Source: Petromyzon marinus
Lineage: Eukaryota
Reading direction: 5' to 3'
Length of the DNA stretch: 64,000 nucleotides
Assembly: GCF_048934315.1 (NCBI RefSeq)
Contig: NC_133715.1
Location: forward strand, 11,009,698-11,073,697
Shown here: positions 47,801-58,290 of the stretch, in pieces
How the letters are laid out: the number at the start of each line of letters is the position of its first letter
How positions within the stretch are numbered: the stretch's first letter is position 1
Made by a program: the position numbers and the translations under genes
The notes under the pieces: generated by a model
Told to the model about the DNA's origin: nothing
The model's input: only the letters and a program-made list of their open reading frames with translations
Databases searched by the model: none

Positions 47801-50212
47801 GTGTGTGTTGTTGTGTACTGACTGTGTGAATGTGTGTGTGCTGTGTGTACTGACTGTGTGAATGTGTGTGTTGTGTGTACTGACTGTGTGAATGTGTGTT
47901 GTGTGTAATGACTGTGTGAATGTGTGTTGTGTGTACTGACTGTGTGAATGTGTGTGTGTTGTTGTGTACTGACTGTGTGAATGTGTGTGTGCTGTGTGTA
48001 CTGACTGTGTGAATGTGTGTGTGTTGTGTGTACTGACTGTGTGAATGTGTGTGTGCTGTGTGTACTGACTGTGTGAATGTGTGTGTGTGTTGTGTGTACT
48101 GACTGTGTGAATGTGTGTGTGTTGTTGTGTACTGACTGTGTGAATGTGTGTGTTGTGTGTACTGTGTGAATGTGTGCGTGTGTTGTGTGTACTGACTGTG
48201 TGAATGTGTGTGTGTTGTGTGTAATGACTGTGTGAATGTGTGTGTGTGTTGTGTGTACTGTGTGAATGTGTGCGTGTGTTGTGTGTACTGACTGTGTGAA
48301 TGTGTGTGTGTTGTGTGTACTGACTGTGTGAATGTGTGTGTTGTGTGTACTGACTGTGTGAATGTGTGTGCTGTGTGTACTGACTGTGAATGTGTGTGTG
48401 TTGTGTGTACTGACTGTGTGAATGTGTGTGTTGTGTGTACTGACTGTGTGAATGTGTGTGTGCTGTGTGTACTGACTGTGTGAATGTGTGTGTGTGTGTT
48501 GTGTGTACTGACTGTGTGAATGTGTGCGTGTGTTATGTGTACTGACTGTGTGAATGTGTGTTGTGTGTACTGACTGTGTGAATGTATGTGTGTTGTGTGT
48601 ACTGACTGTGTGAATGTGTGTGTGCTATGTGTACTGATTGTGTGAATGTGTGTGTGTTGTGTGTACTGACTGTGTGAATGTGTGTGCTGTGTGTACTGAC
48701 TGTGAATGTGTGTGTGTGTTGTGTGTACTGACTGTGTGAATGTGTGTGTTGTGTGTACTGACTGTGTGAATGTGAATGTGTGTGCTGTGTGTACTGACTG
48801 TGAATGTGTGTGTGTTGTGTGTACTGACTGTGTGAATGTGTGTGTTGTGTGTACTGACTGTGTGAATGTGAATGTGTGTGCTGTGTGTACTGACTGTGTG
48901 AATGTGTGTGTGTTGTGTGTACTGACTGTGTGAATGTGTGTGCTGTGTGTACTGACTGTGTGAATGTGAATGTGTGTGCTGTGTGTACTGACTGTGTGAA
49001 TGTGTGTGTGTGTTGTGTGTACTGACTGTGTGAATGTGTGTGCTGTGTGTACTGACTGTGAATGTGTGTGTGTGTTGTGTGTACTGACTGTGTGAATGTG
49101 TGTGTTGTGTGTACTGACTGTGTGAATGTGTGTGTGCTGTGTGTACTGACTGTGTGAATGTGTGTGTGTGTTGTGTGTACTGACTGTGTGAATGTGTGTG
49201 TGTGTGTACTGACTGTGTGAATGTGTGTTGTGTGTACTGATTGTGTGAATGTATGCTGCGTGTACTGCCTGTGTGTGTGCTGTGTGTACTGACTGTGTGA
49301 ATGTGTGTGTGTGTGTTGTGTGTACTGACTGTGTGAATGTGTGTGTGTGCTGTGTGTACTGACTGTGTGAATGTGTGTGTGTGTTGTGTGTACTGACTGT
49401 GTGAATGTGTGTTGTGTGTACTGACTGTGTGAATGTGTGTGTGTTGTGTGTACTGACTGTGTGAATGTGTGTGCTGTGTGTACTGACTGTGAATGTGTGT
49501 GTGTTGTGTGTACTGACTGTGTGAATGTGTGTGTTGTATGTACTGACTGTGTGAATGTGTGTGTGCTGTGTGTACTGACTGTGTGAATGTGTGTGTGTGT
49601 TGTATGTACTGACTGTGTGAATGTGTGCTGTGTGTACTGACTGTGTGTTGTGTGTACTGATTGTGTGAATGTGTGTGTACTGACTGTGTGAATGTGTGTG
49701 TGTGTGTTGTGTGTACTGACTGTGTGAATGTGTGTGTGTTGTGTGTACTGAATGTGTGTGTGTGCTGTGTGTACTGATTGTGTGAATGCGTGTGTGTTGT
49801 GTGTACTGACTGTGTGAATGTGTGTGCTGTGTGTACTGACTGTGAATGTGTGTGTGTTGTGTGTACTGACTGTGTGAATGTGTGTTGTGTGTACTGACTG
49901 TGTGAATGTGTGTGTGCTGTGTGAACTGACTGTGTGAATGTGTGCGTGTGTTGTGTGTATTGACTGTGTTAATGTGTGTTGTGTGTACTGACTGTGTGAA
50001 TGTTTGTGTGCTATGTGTACTGACTGTGTGAATGTGTGTGTGCTGTGTGTACTGATTGTGTGAATGTGTGTGTGCTGTGTGTACTGACTTTGTGAATGTG
50101 TGTGTGCTGTGTGTACTGATTGTGTGAATGTGTGTGTGTTGTGTGTACTGACTGTGTGTGTGTGCTGTGTGTACTGTGTGACTGTGCTGTATGTGCTGTA
50201 TGTACTGACTGT
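44897..50212. repeat. 5.3-kb satellite array, ~30-bp unit (ttgtgtgtactgactgtgtgaatgtgtgtg) with length variants, ending in a SINE-C 3' half
   Basis: Continuous tandem array. ORFs 46032-50276 (1414 aa), 48533-50221 and the + frame ORFs are its translations. Confidence 0.97.
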
Positions 50213-50640
50213 GTTGGCCACCCGCCACCTCGTGTGCCGTGCTGGCCTTCATAGGTGCTAACAGCACTTTCCCCAAAAGTGCATTAAGGCTATACGGGGT
50301 ATCGTTGTCTTTGTGGGATTGTGCAAATGTGCGCGTGTTTTTGTGGGGAGCAGTAGTTTAGTGGTTGGCGAACCGCGCTACGAACCCCGCCACCCGAGTT
50401 CCATTCCCGCTCACAGCCAACATCGGTGACGAATATCTGGACCATTCCTGGGTCTCCTCTAGGTCGACTCCGCCTTAAAATGTGTACCTGTTTCAGCATG
50501 TAAACATCAGCACTGGGGAGACAAAGGCGGCCGGGTGTGTTGTTGGCCACCCACCCCCTCGTGTGCCGTGCCAGCCTTATTAGATTCTCGCTTACAGCAC
50601 TTGCCCCAACAGTCTGCTAAGGCTATAGGGGGATCTTTGT
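50213..50640 (+). mobile_element. Tandem SINE-C 3' half (50213-50340) plus full SINE-C copy (50345-50640), sandwiched between two tandem arrays
   Basis: ...ggccacccgccacctcgtgtgccgtgctggccttcataggtgctaacagcac...ggctatacgggg... then head ggggagcagtagtttagtggttggcgaaccgcgctacgaaccccgccacccgagttccattcccgctcacagccaaca. Confidence 0.65.
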
Positions 50641-50650
50641 CTCTTTTGAC

Positions 50651-51793
50651 TGTGTGTGTGTGTGCTGTGTGTGTGCTGTGTGTGTGTGCTGTGTGTGTAT
50701 GTGGTGTGTGTGTGCTGTGTGTGTATGTGGTGTGTGTGTGTGTGCTGTGTGTGTGTGTGCTGTGTGTGTGCTGTGTGTGTGTGCTGTGTGTGTGATGTGT
50801 GTGCTGTGTGTGTGCTGTGTGTGTACTGTGTGTGCTGTGTGTGTGCTGTGTGTGTGTGCTGTGTGTGCTGTGTGTGTGTGTGCTGTGTGTGTGCTGTGTG
50901 TGTATGTGCTGTGTGTGTGCTGTGTGTGCTGTGTGTGTGTGCTGTGTTTGTGTGCTGTGTGTGTGCTGTGTGTGCTGTGTGTGTGTGCTGTGTGTGTGTG
51001 TGCTGTGTGTGTTGTGTGTGTGCTGTGTGTGTGCTGTGTGTGTGTGTGCTGTGTGTGTGTGCTGTGTGTGTGCTGTGTGTATGTGTGCTGTGTGTGCTGT
51101 GTGTGTGTGCTGTGTGTGTGCTGTGTGTATGTGCTGTGTGTGCTGTGTGTGTGTGTGCTGTGTGTGTGCTGCGTGTGTATGTGCTGTGTGTGTGTGCTGT
51201 GTGTGTGCTGTGTGTGTGTGCTGTGTGTATGCTGTGTGTGTGTGCTGTGTGTGTGCTGTGTGTGCTGTGTGTATGCTGTGTATGTACTGTGTGTGCTGTG
51301 TGTGTGTGTGTGTGCTGTGTGTGTGTGCTGTGTGTGTGCTGTGTGTGCTGTGTGTGTGTGTGCTGTGTGTGTGCTGTGTGTGTGCTGTGTGTGTGTGTGT
51401 GCTGTGTGTGTGCTGTGTGTGTGCTGTGTGCTGTGTGTGCTGTGTGTGTGTGTGCTGTGTGTGTGCTGTGTGTGTGTTGTGTGTGTACTGTGTGTGCTGT
51501 GTGTGTGTGTGCTGTGTGTGTGTGCTGTGTGTGTGCTGTGTGTGCTGTGTGTGTGCTGTGTGTGTGCTGTGTGTGCTGTGTGTGTACTGTGTGTGCTGTG
51601 TGTGTGTGTGCTGTGTGTGCTGTGTGTGTGCTGTGTGTGTACTGTGTGTGCTGTGTGTGTGTGTGCTGTGTGTGTGTGCTGTGTGTGTGCTGTGTGTGTG
51701 TGTGCTGTGTGTGTGCTGTGTGTGTGCTGTGTGTGCTGTGTGTGTGTGCTGTGTGTGTGTGTTGTGTGTGCTGTATGTGCTGTGTGTGTGCTG
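50651..51793. repeat. 1.15-kb compound microsatellite (GTGTGTGCT / GTGTGC)n starting at a SINE-C 3' end
   Basis: Direct reading. ORFs 50623-51841 on both strands (C/V/H/T-rich) are translations. Confidence 0.97.
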
Positions 51794-52488
51794 AGCAGGC
51801 AGTGTAACATTGTGTTGGTGTCTCTTCGCTGTTATCTATAAATATTGGCGGTGTCCGGACACTGACGACTCCCGACGTTGACTGGCCCCTCTCGCAAGTG
51901 AAGAGCCCAGATTAACATCGAAAAATATCGCTCGCGAAGGCTTAAGAATGAATTTACAAATTATTCCGTTTCAAATTCACAGGCGACGGAGCCACAATGC
52001 CTGGGGCTTCAATTTTAAACGAGGGCGCCGTCACGTGGCACGATGGCGAGCCCTGTGAGGTGCGTGCTTGAATACTGCAACGTTGAGTCGCCCCTTGCTG
52101 CTGCAGAATTCAACGACCACACACACATCTTTCTGCTTTTGACTGCGAGCGCGACAACAGATGTGGCCTTCCCTCGGGCGGCTCCGGCGACGGCTCCGCC
52201 ACACGAGCACGGCGATCGTCGCGAGCACCTTTGAAGTGTCGCACAAATTCACGTCCACACACTCGGCCCCGCAGCCAGAGGGCCCTCGATGAAATATTGA
52301 GATCGACCACCGCGTGACTCTAAAGCCTCCATGGCATCGCCAACACGCGAGCTGTCTGCAGGGCGGACATTGAGACGCCTTTTTATGTTTTTCTTCGATG
52401 TAAAAAAGTTTACTTCATGCTAGTCCCCGAATCGGGACACTCTGAAAGTCGATTTGTCAACTACATATTTTTTTCTTGTCGCGCCAAG

Positions 52489-53123
52489 GATTCTGAGAGG
52501 ATATAACAAACAGAACTTCTGAGAGGATATAACAAACAGCACTTCTGAGAGGATATAACAAACAGAACTTCTGAGAGGATATAACAAACAGAACTTCTGA
52601 GAGGATATAACAAACAGAACTTCTGAGAGAATATAACAAACAGAACTTCTGAGAGGATATAACAAACAGAACTTCTGAGAGGATATAACAAACAGAACTT
52701 CTGAGAGGATATGACAAACAGAACTTCTGAGAGGATATAACAAACAGAACTTCTGAGAGGATATAACAAACAGAACTTCTGAGAGGATATAACAAACAGA
52801 ACTTCTGAGAGGATATAACAAACAGAACTTCTGAGAGGATATAACAAACAGAACTTCTGAGAGGATATAACAAACAGAACTTCTGAGAGGATATAACAAA
52901 CAGAACTTCTGAGAGGATATAACAAACAGAACTTCTGAGAGGATATGACAAACAGAACTTCTGAGAGGATATAACAAACAGAACTTCTGAGAGGATATAA
53001 CAAACAGAACTTCTGAGAGGATATAACAAACAGAACTTCTGAGAGGATATAACAAACATAACTTCTGAGAGGATATAACAAACAGAACTTCTGAGAGGAT
53101 ATAACAAACAGAACTTCTGAGAG
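52489..53123. repeat. Homogeneous 26-bp satellite (aggatataacaaacagaacttctgag) x ~24
   Basis: Near-identical units with a few point variants (gaatataac, atgacaaac, acataactt). The period is not a multiple of 3, so all three frames stay open (ORFs 52420-53194). Confidence 0.97.
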
Positions 53124-54223
53124 CCTCCTCGTGCAACTGCAATGATGTTGTACAAAATGCCTCCTCGTAAGCAGAATTTATCATTCGCGTTCAACCCTGA
53201 TTACTGTACTCTAATGTTGACTACAGATTTCTTGTATGACCTTGGTCACCACACCATCATAACCCAATTGCGGTGAAGTTCATACATATGTATATACATA
53301 TACAGTTTATATAAGTAATATTAAAAGCAAACTATTGTCTTCCAGTTGAAAGCCGCATTAATTTTAACATTCCCCTCTTGGTGTTTCCTCTTTAATGGGG
53401 CTTGCTCCACCATACATCCTGGACTTGATGGCACCCACCGGGATTTTGTCCGCACGGCGCCCACGCTCTGGAGTTCCCTGCCCTTGCGTGTGAGGAACTC
53501 GCACTCCCTGGAGACTGAAGTCCCGGCTGAAGCCCTCACCACCTGTCCAGCACGGCCCCTCTCTCTCTCTATCTCAGGGTCCCCATCTCTCTCTCGAGTC
53601 GCTCTATCCCCGGTGACTACTAATCTGATTTGTTTCCCTCCATTACATACTGGCACTCGGAAATCCATTGTTTTAAGAGTGCCTTATCAATCTGAATTTT
53701 AAAAAAATCCTGCTTTCCTATCTAAATGAATGCATGTACGAGAAATCTGTGGAACAAATATATCAACGCACCCGAGCTACACGTGCAATGCATCATCTTA
53801 ATAGGTTAGAGCGTTAGGGAGGAGAACATCCTTTCAACACAGAGCTCATCTCTGGGAAGGTGAACTCTGTCCCCACAAGCCCTCGGCTAAGAACAAACAT
53901 CCTTATCTCGACCAAGAGCGCAGATGTACACGATGGCTTTCCTAAGTATTTTTAGAAGTCGCATGAAACGCACGCAACAAGCTCTGATTTATGTGTCCGT
54001 TCATCCCGTGATGGGGTATTGCGTGAGTATCGCCTGTATACAGTGGTGTGGGTGTGTGGGTGAGAGAGAGAGAGAGCAATGTGACCTTCACAGCTCTGTC
54101 CATTCCGTGGCAGTCTATGAATAGAATGTTGGCCTATTCTTTTCCCTTCTCATCCTGTGCCCATTTCATCATCCAAAAATCACAACGATATGTAAAATAT
54201 ATATATCAAACTAAACTATAAAC

Positions 54224-54500
54224 TTTTTTTTTTTACCAGGTAAGGTCGACAGAGCTATGTAGCTCTTTTTCAGAAGCGACCTGGCCACAAATGAAAGCTC
54301 AACGAAGTGGCTTATCATGTGGAAATTTATAGCAGCCAAATACTCTAAACGCGCGTTGCTAAATGTGATGGGAAAAACCGGAGGACCCGGAGAAAAATCC
54401 ACGCGACCAAATATACAGCGGGCGTCAGGGTCGGGATCAAACCCACGACGTCCTACATACCAGGCGAGGTAGTTAACATCTCCTATCCACTGGGGCTCCT
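54224..54500 (-). mobile_element. SINE-A full-length copy (poly-T at 54224-54234 = poly-A tail on - strand)
   Basis: Reverse complement gives the head ggagatgttaactacctcgcctggtatgtaggacgtcgtgggtttgatcccgaccctgacgcc, the Deu-like core, and the tail ...cctggtaaaaaaaaaaa. Confidence 0.7.
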
Positions 54501-55314
54501 GTTTAACGCGGCCTCCTCTCTCTCTGCTTCTGCTATATCGGTTTTGTTCATACATTTCAGTTAGCCAGGTGGGTGACTGAGGGCTCTAACTCACAGTTGA
54601 CAGGATGTTGAGCTCAAATCTTGGTTGGATGGTGATACGACCCATCATCCCCCTGGAGGTTGATAACATAATCACGAACGAGTGGCTCAGAGGTCAACGC
54701 TCTCGCCTGGCCCCGTTTGAGATCTTGGGTTTGATTCCGAGTTTCAACAGCTTCTAATGAAATCACGTTTTCTAAAATAATGAATTGATGGTCTCCGGCC
54801 AAGACACCAATGACTGCACACATCGCGTCAAATTCGGTGCCGCATGTAATTCGTAGAAAATTCCAGCTCTGAGGATGAATACAGTATATCAGACTGGTTG
54901 TCACGTCACAAATATGACTCATATTACATTCTATTTTTTGTATATTTACAATCTGAAACTGATACGTGTATTCGAATTTGTATTCAATTATTGTTAAATA
55001 TAGCCTAGATTGGTTTAATTTAAATGTTCCAATTTTCTGTTCTATATCTCAGGTTGCTCTTGCAAAAGTGGCAATATCCCATGTCTCTTAACAGGTCGAT
55101 GCTTCATCTCCCGGTTAAATCAAGGATACTACTACTCTACGACTACTATTACATAAGTCAGAGTGGGTGGGAAAGTGCTGCCCTCTGACTGTGTGACCTA
55201 GAGGCCACTGGAAGAGATGTCAGAGGTAGCTCTGCAGTGTCCGATCACGTGGTTGGTTCTCAAACACGAAGGCTCGTGCTGTTCTGCAAGAGACCCAAAT
55301 GGTTACATTTCGAT

Positions 55315-55600
55315 TTGAAGCTTTCGTGACTGCAATGATTCACCTTCTTTGGTTCTGTCGGTAAAGTCACGTAGAATGAGAATAAACTAACACAATAAAA
55401 TTCTCACGACGTTTCGGCCACAACGCAAGCGGCCGTCTTCACGTGAAAGGAACAGACCTGTCGGGACGACAGAGCTTCTGTTGAATATAATGAGAATTGT
55501 ATTGCTTGCGTTGTGGCCGAAACGTCGTGAGAATTTTATTGTGTTATTTTATTATTTTATTCTCATTCTACGTGACTTTACCGAAAGAACCAAAGAAGAT
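55315..55600. repeat. Hairpin (inverted dimer) of PLE terminal-repeat family 1 with degenerate ribozyme cores
   Basis: Arms 55315-55440 and 55500-55600 with spacer ctgtcgggacgacagagc. The CUGA boxes read CGUGAAGA or are truncated. Confidence 0.75.
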
Positions 55601-55984
55601 GAGACCCAAATGGATTGTTTCTTCTGACGACGCGACGCCGATAGCACAATCCGGTTAGACTTGGGACAAATGACAGTCAACTCTGATCCGCCCCTACTGG
55701 ACATCTGTGAAAAAGAGATTCAGAGCTCATCGGATTCCTCCAGCATGAATACAGTCTGGTTTTGAAACATTCTGATGCTGATTGTCCCACGAGACAGCTT
55801 GCCATTACCAAAGGAACGCGGCACAAAATCAGGACTCGTAAAATGAGTCGCAACACTCAACAAGGCCTCCCTGGGATAATTGTGGCATCACAGAAAATGT
55901 GAGGGATGACAAATTCATGGAGAGGCCTTCATCTAGAAGAGGATGAACAATAGCAGATACTGATGGGTACATTAATATATGTTC

Positions 55985-56230
55985 TCATTATTCTTCTTCC
56001 TGGTTATTTCGGTAAAGTCACGTAGAATGGAAACAATAAAATAATAAAAATAAAACATGATAAAATAAAATTCTCATGACGTTTCGGCCACAACACAAGT
56101 AGCCTTCTTCAGGTGAAGGAACAGAACTGTCGGGACGACAGCGCTTCAATGAACGCTGCTAAGATTCGCAGTCTTTTAAGCTAGGTGAGAGAAGTAAAGC
56201 GCCTTGACAAAGGAGTTTACATAAATGTTC
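55985..56230 (-). repeat. PLE terminal-repeat family 1 half-palindrome (left arm + half spacer, right arm missing)
   Basis: Collinear with 19425-19680 (cggtaaagtcacgtagaatgg...ctcatgacgtttcggccacaacacaag...ctgtcgggacgacag...cgctgctaagattcgcag). Confidence 0.7.
56073..56120 (-). ncRNA. Minimal hammerhead ribozyme core
   Basis: Minus strand reads cacCUGAAGA-aGGCUACuuguguuGUGGCC-GAAAC-GUCaugag. Stem II has one G:U. Confidence 0.55.
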
Positions 56231-56254
56231 TCATTTCTCTTACGAACGTCGTGG

Positions 56255-56420
56255 GGAGTGGTGGCATAGTGGTTCGTGCACTGTGATATGAACCCAGCAA
56301 CCCCGAGTTCAATTCCTAGCTAATGTCCGAAGTAATATCTGAACTGGGCTGGTGTGTCCCGCTTTCACTAGGTGACCAGCGTGGTAAAGTATGGTCAAAC
56401 AATCGAATGGTATTTATGGA
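56255..56420 (+). mobile_element. SINE-B family copy with tRNA-like head
   Basis: ggggagtggtggcatagtggttcgtgcactgtgatatgaacccagcaaccccgagttcaattcctagc...agcgtggtaaagtatggtcaaacaatcg. Confidence 0.6.
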
Positions 56421-57179
56421 ACTGAAAGGATGATTCCGCGATCCAGCATTATTTTAAACAGTGTTGCGTTTAAAGAAAGGTTTGTTTTATATAAAGATAT
56501 CCGAAACGCGATAACTGCATAACGCAATGTTCTTGTGTCAATGTCCCGAGTAGGAGTCGTGTTCTTTGCCCTCTCTATGAGGGAATGGAAAGCCCTCTTC
56601 CTTGAGATTTAATTCAACAAAAATAAGGAGGATTTTATGATGCGTAAGCCAATTTATAATTAAATGACGTCTTCCGATAAACATGCAAAGTGTTCACATT
56701 CAAGGCATTTGCCCTCCACATTGCTTTTCATTGCAATTTTGTCTGCAGAGTTGTGAAATGTGCCATTCCATTACCCGTCTTACACAGATTACAACACAAG
56801 ACAAATGAATTCGTCAATATGGATTTGCATTTTTTTGGACTAAATAATTATTACGACATTTATTTTCTTAATGTTTGGGTATATTATACATATAATAATT
56901 TGCACACCGGGTAAAAGTCTAAGAGGTCTAGGTGTGATCATAGTCTTTACTAAACGTTGCCTATCCACTTCTGGATGAAGGCCTCCCCGTCACTGATATT
57001 TCTAGCAGTCCTACAATGTCACAATTCACCTCCCCCACGTGGACCAATTGAATTACTCCATCTCCACAGTGCACATCTTCTTGAGCTTTGCCAAAAGACA
57101 TACATGATTCGGCTTCAATTTAGATGTTTAAGTCTCCACTTAAACATTCTTATTTAAGAAGGTGTTCACGTAATTTCAT

Positions 57180-57405
57180 CCATAATAGAGTTTTTTTGGG
57201 GGAGTTAGATCGCGTAAGTATATAAATGTGTCGTTAAACCCGCCACCACCCGACACAGCCAACGAGTAAGGGTTGTCACGTAAACAGAACGTGGCCAATT
57301 CGTCACTAGTACAGCACACCGGTGTGTTGGAGAGCCAAGTCACAACATTTACAATCTGAGTACGACGTTTCGCCAGTGATTACAACTAGCTTCATCTTTA
57401 GGCTC
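57180..57405. repeat. PLE terminal-repeat family 2 copy
   Basis: gggggagttagatcgcgtaagtatataaatgtgtcgttaaacccgccaccacccgacacagccaacgagtaagggttgtcacgtaaacag...gagtacgacgtttcgccagtgattacaactagcttcatc. Confidence 0.7.
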
Positions 57406-58134
57406 TACTTTTATTATTATTATTAGAAATGTTAATTGATAGATTTTTATGAATATTGCTTTTTTATGCATATTGTTTACAGCTCCACGAATGAAGAGCC
57501 CTATTAAATCCAAAATGTATTATTATCCTTTGACTGCCATTCCATCACCAGTCTTGTCAATTGGCCATAAACCCTGCGAGTAATGTGTCTTACCAAAGCC
57601 CAATGACTTTTCTCAGCAGGCTGTGCGATGTCTCTGGTTTGCATTTGTTACCTAATCGGTGTGTTCCCCTTCCTCTCTGTAATTATGGAAGTTCTGAGCA
57701 TGAATCCATGCTTCTCTCAGCCCTTTTCAGTTTTGTAAAAATTATCTTTGTCTGTGTCAATATCTCTGATGTAGATGTAACGCAGGTTGACATCATAAGC
57801 ACGTAACATTAATAACAATCGTGTTATTTAATCCGTACATTCCGCATCCATGTAGAAAGGCTTTACGGGTTACATAAAAATGTAATCTAACAGAGAAAAG
57901 ATTGTGAGTGCAGCTTTCACATGTAAGCTGTATACGGTACTTGTGTTTCAAGTACTCTTTATGTGTTTGTGTGGGTAATGATGTGTATCGATCTGCCAAT
58001 GCACGGAGTGATTGCTCAGTAGTTAACACTACGCTACAAACCCGGCTAACTGTGATCGATTCCAAGGCATCATTAACATCAGTCGTGAGTGATATCCAAA
58101 TCGGTATTGGGCCTCCACTGGGTAGAACGAGTAC

Positions 58135-58290
58135 CCGTTGCGGTGTGTGACAATGCAACTGGGGAGACAAAGGTGGACGGGGACAGTGCTGACCACAGCA
58201 CCCCGTTGTGAGTCGTGCTCACTCACAGCACTTGCCCCCACAGTGTGGGCAGGCTATACGGGGGGCCTTTGTCTTCGTGGTGTACTATTG
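58135..58290 (+). mobile_element. SINE-C 3' part
   Basis: ...caatgcaactggggagacaaaggtggacgggg...cacagcacttgcccccacagtgtgggcaggctatacggggggcctttgtcttcgtgg. Confidence 0.5.

Noticed and set aside
46032-50276. 1414-aa ORF (and 562-aa ORF 48533-50221) rich in H/T/S/Q/Y
   Set aside because: Pure translation of the ~30-bp GT-rich satellite. The periodic peptide (HTHSHSQYTQHT...) mirrors the DNA repeat, and there is no start context or domain.
50623-51841. Four overlapping ~330-395-aa ORFs (C/V-rich on +, H/T/S-rich on -)
   Set aside because: Translations of the (GTGTGTGCT)n microsatellite. ORFs are open on both strands and in several frames at once.
52420-53194. Three overlapping 206-254-aa minus-strand ORFs. 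Regularly spaced 26-bp direct repeats could be mistaken for a CRISPR array.
   Set aside because: The 26-bp units are contiguous with no spacers, so this is a satellite, not a CRISPR array. The repeat length is not divisible by 3, which keeps all frames open. The context is eukaryotic.
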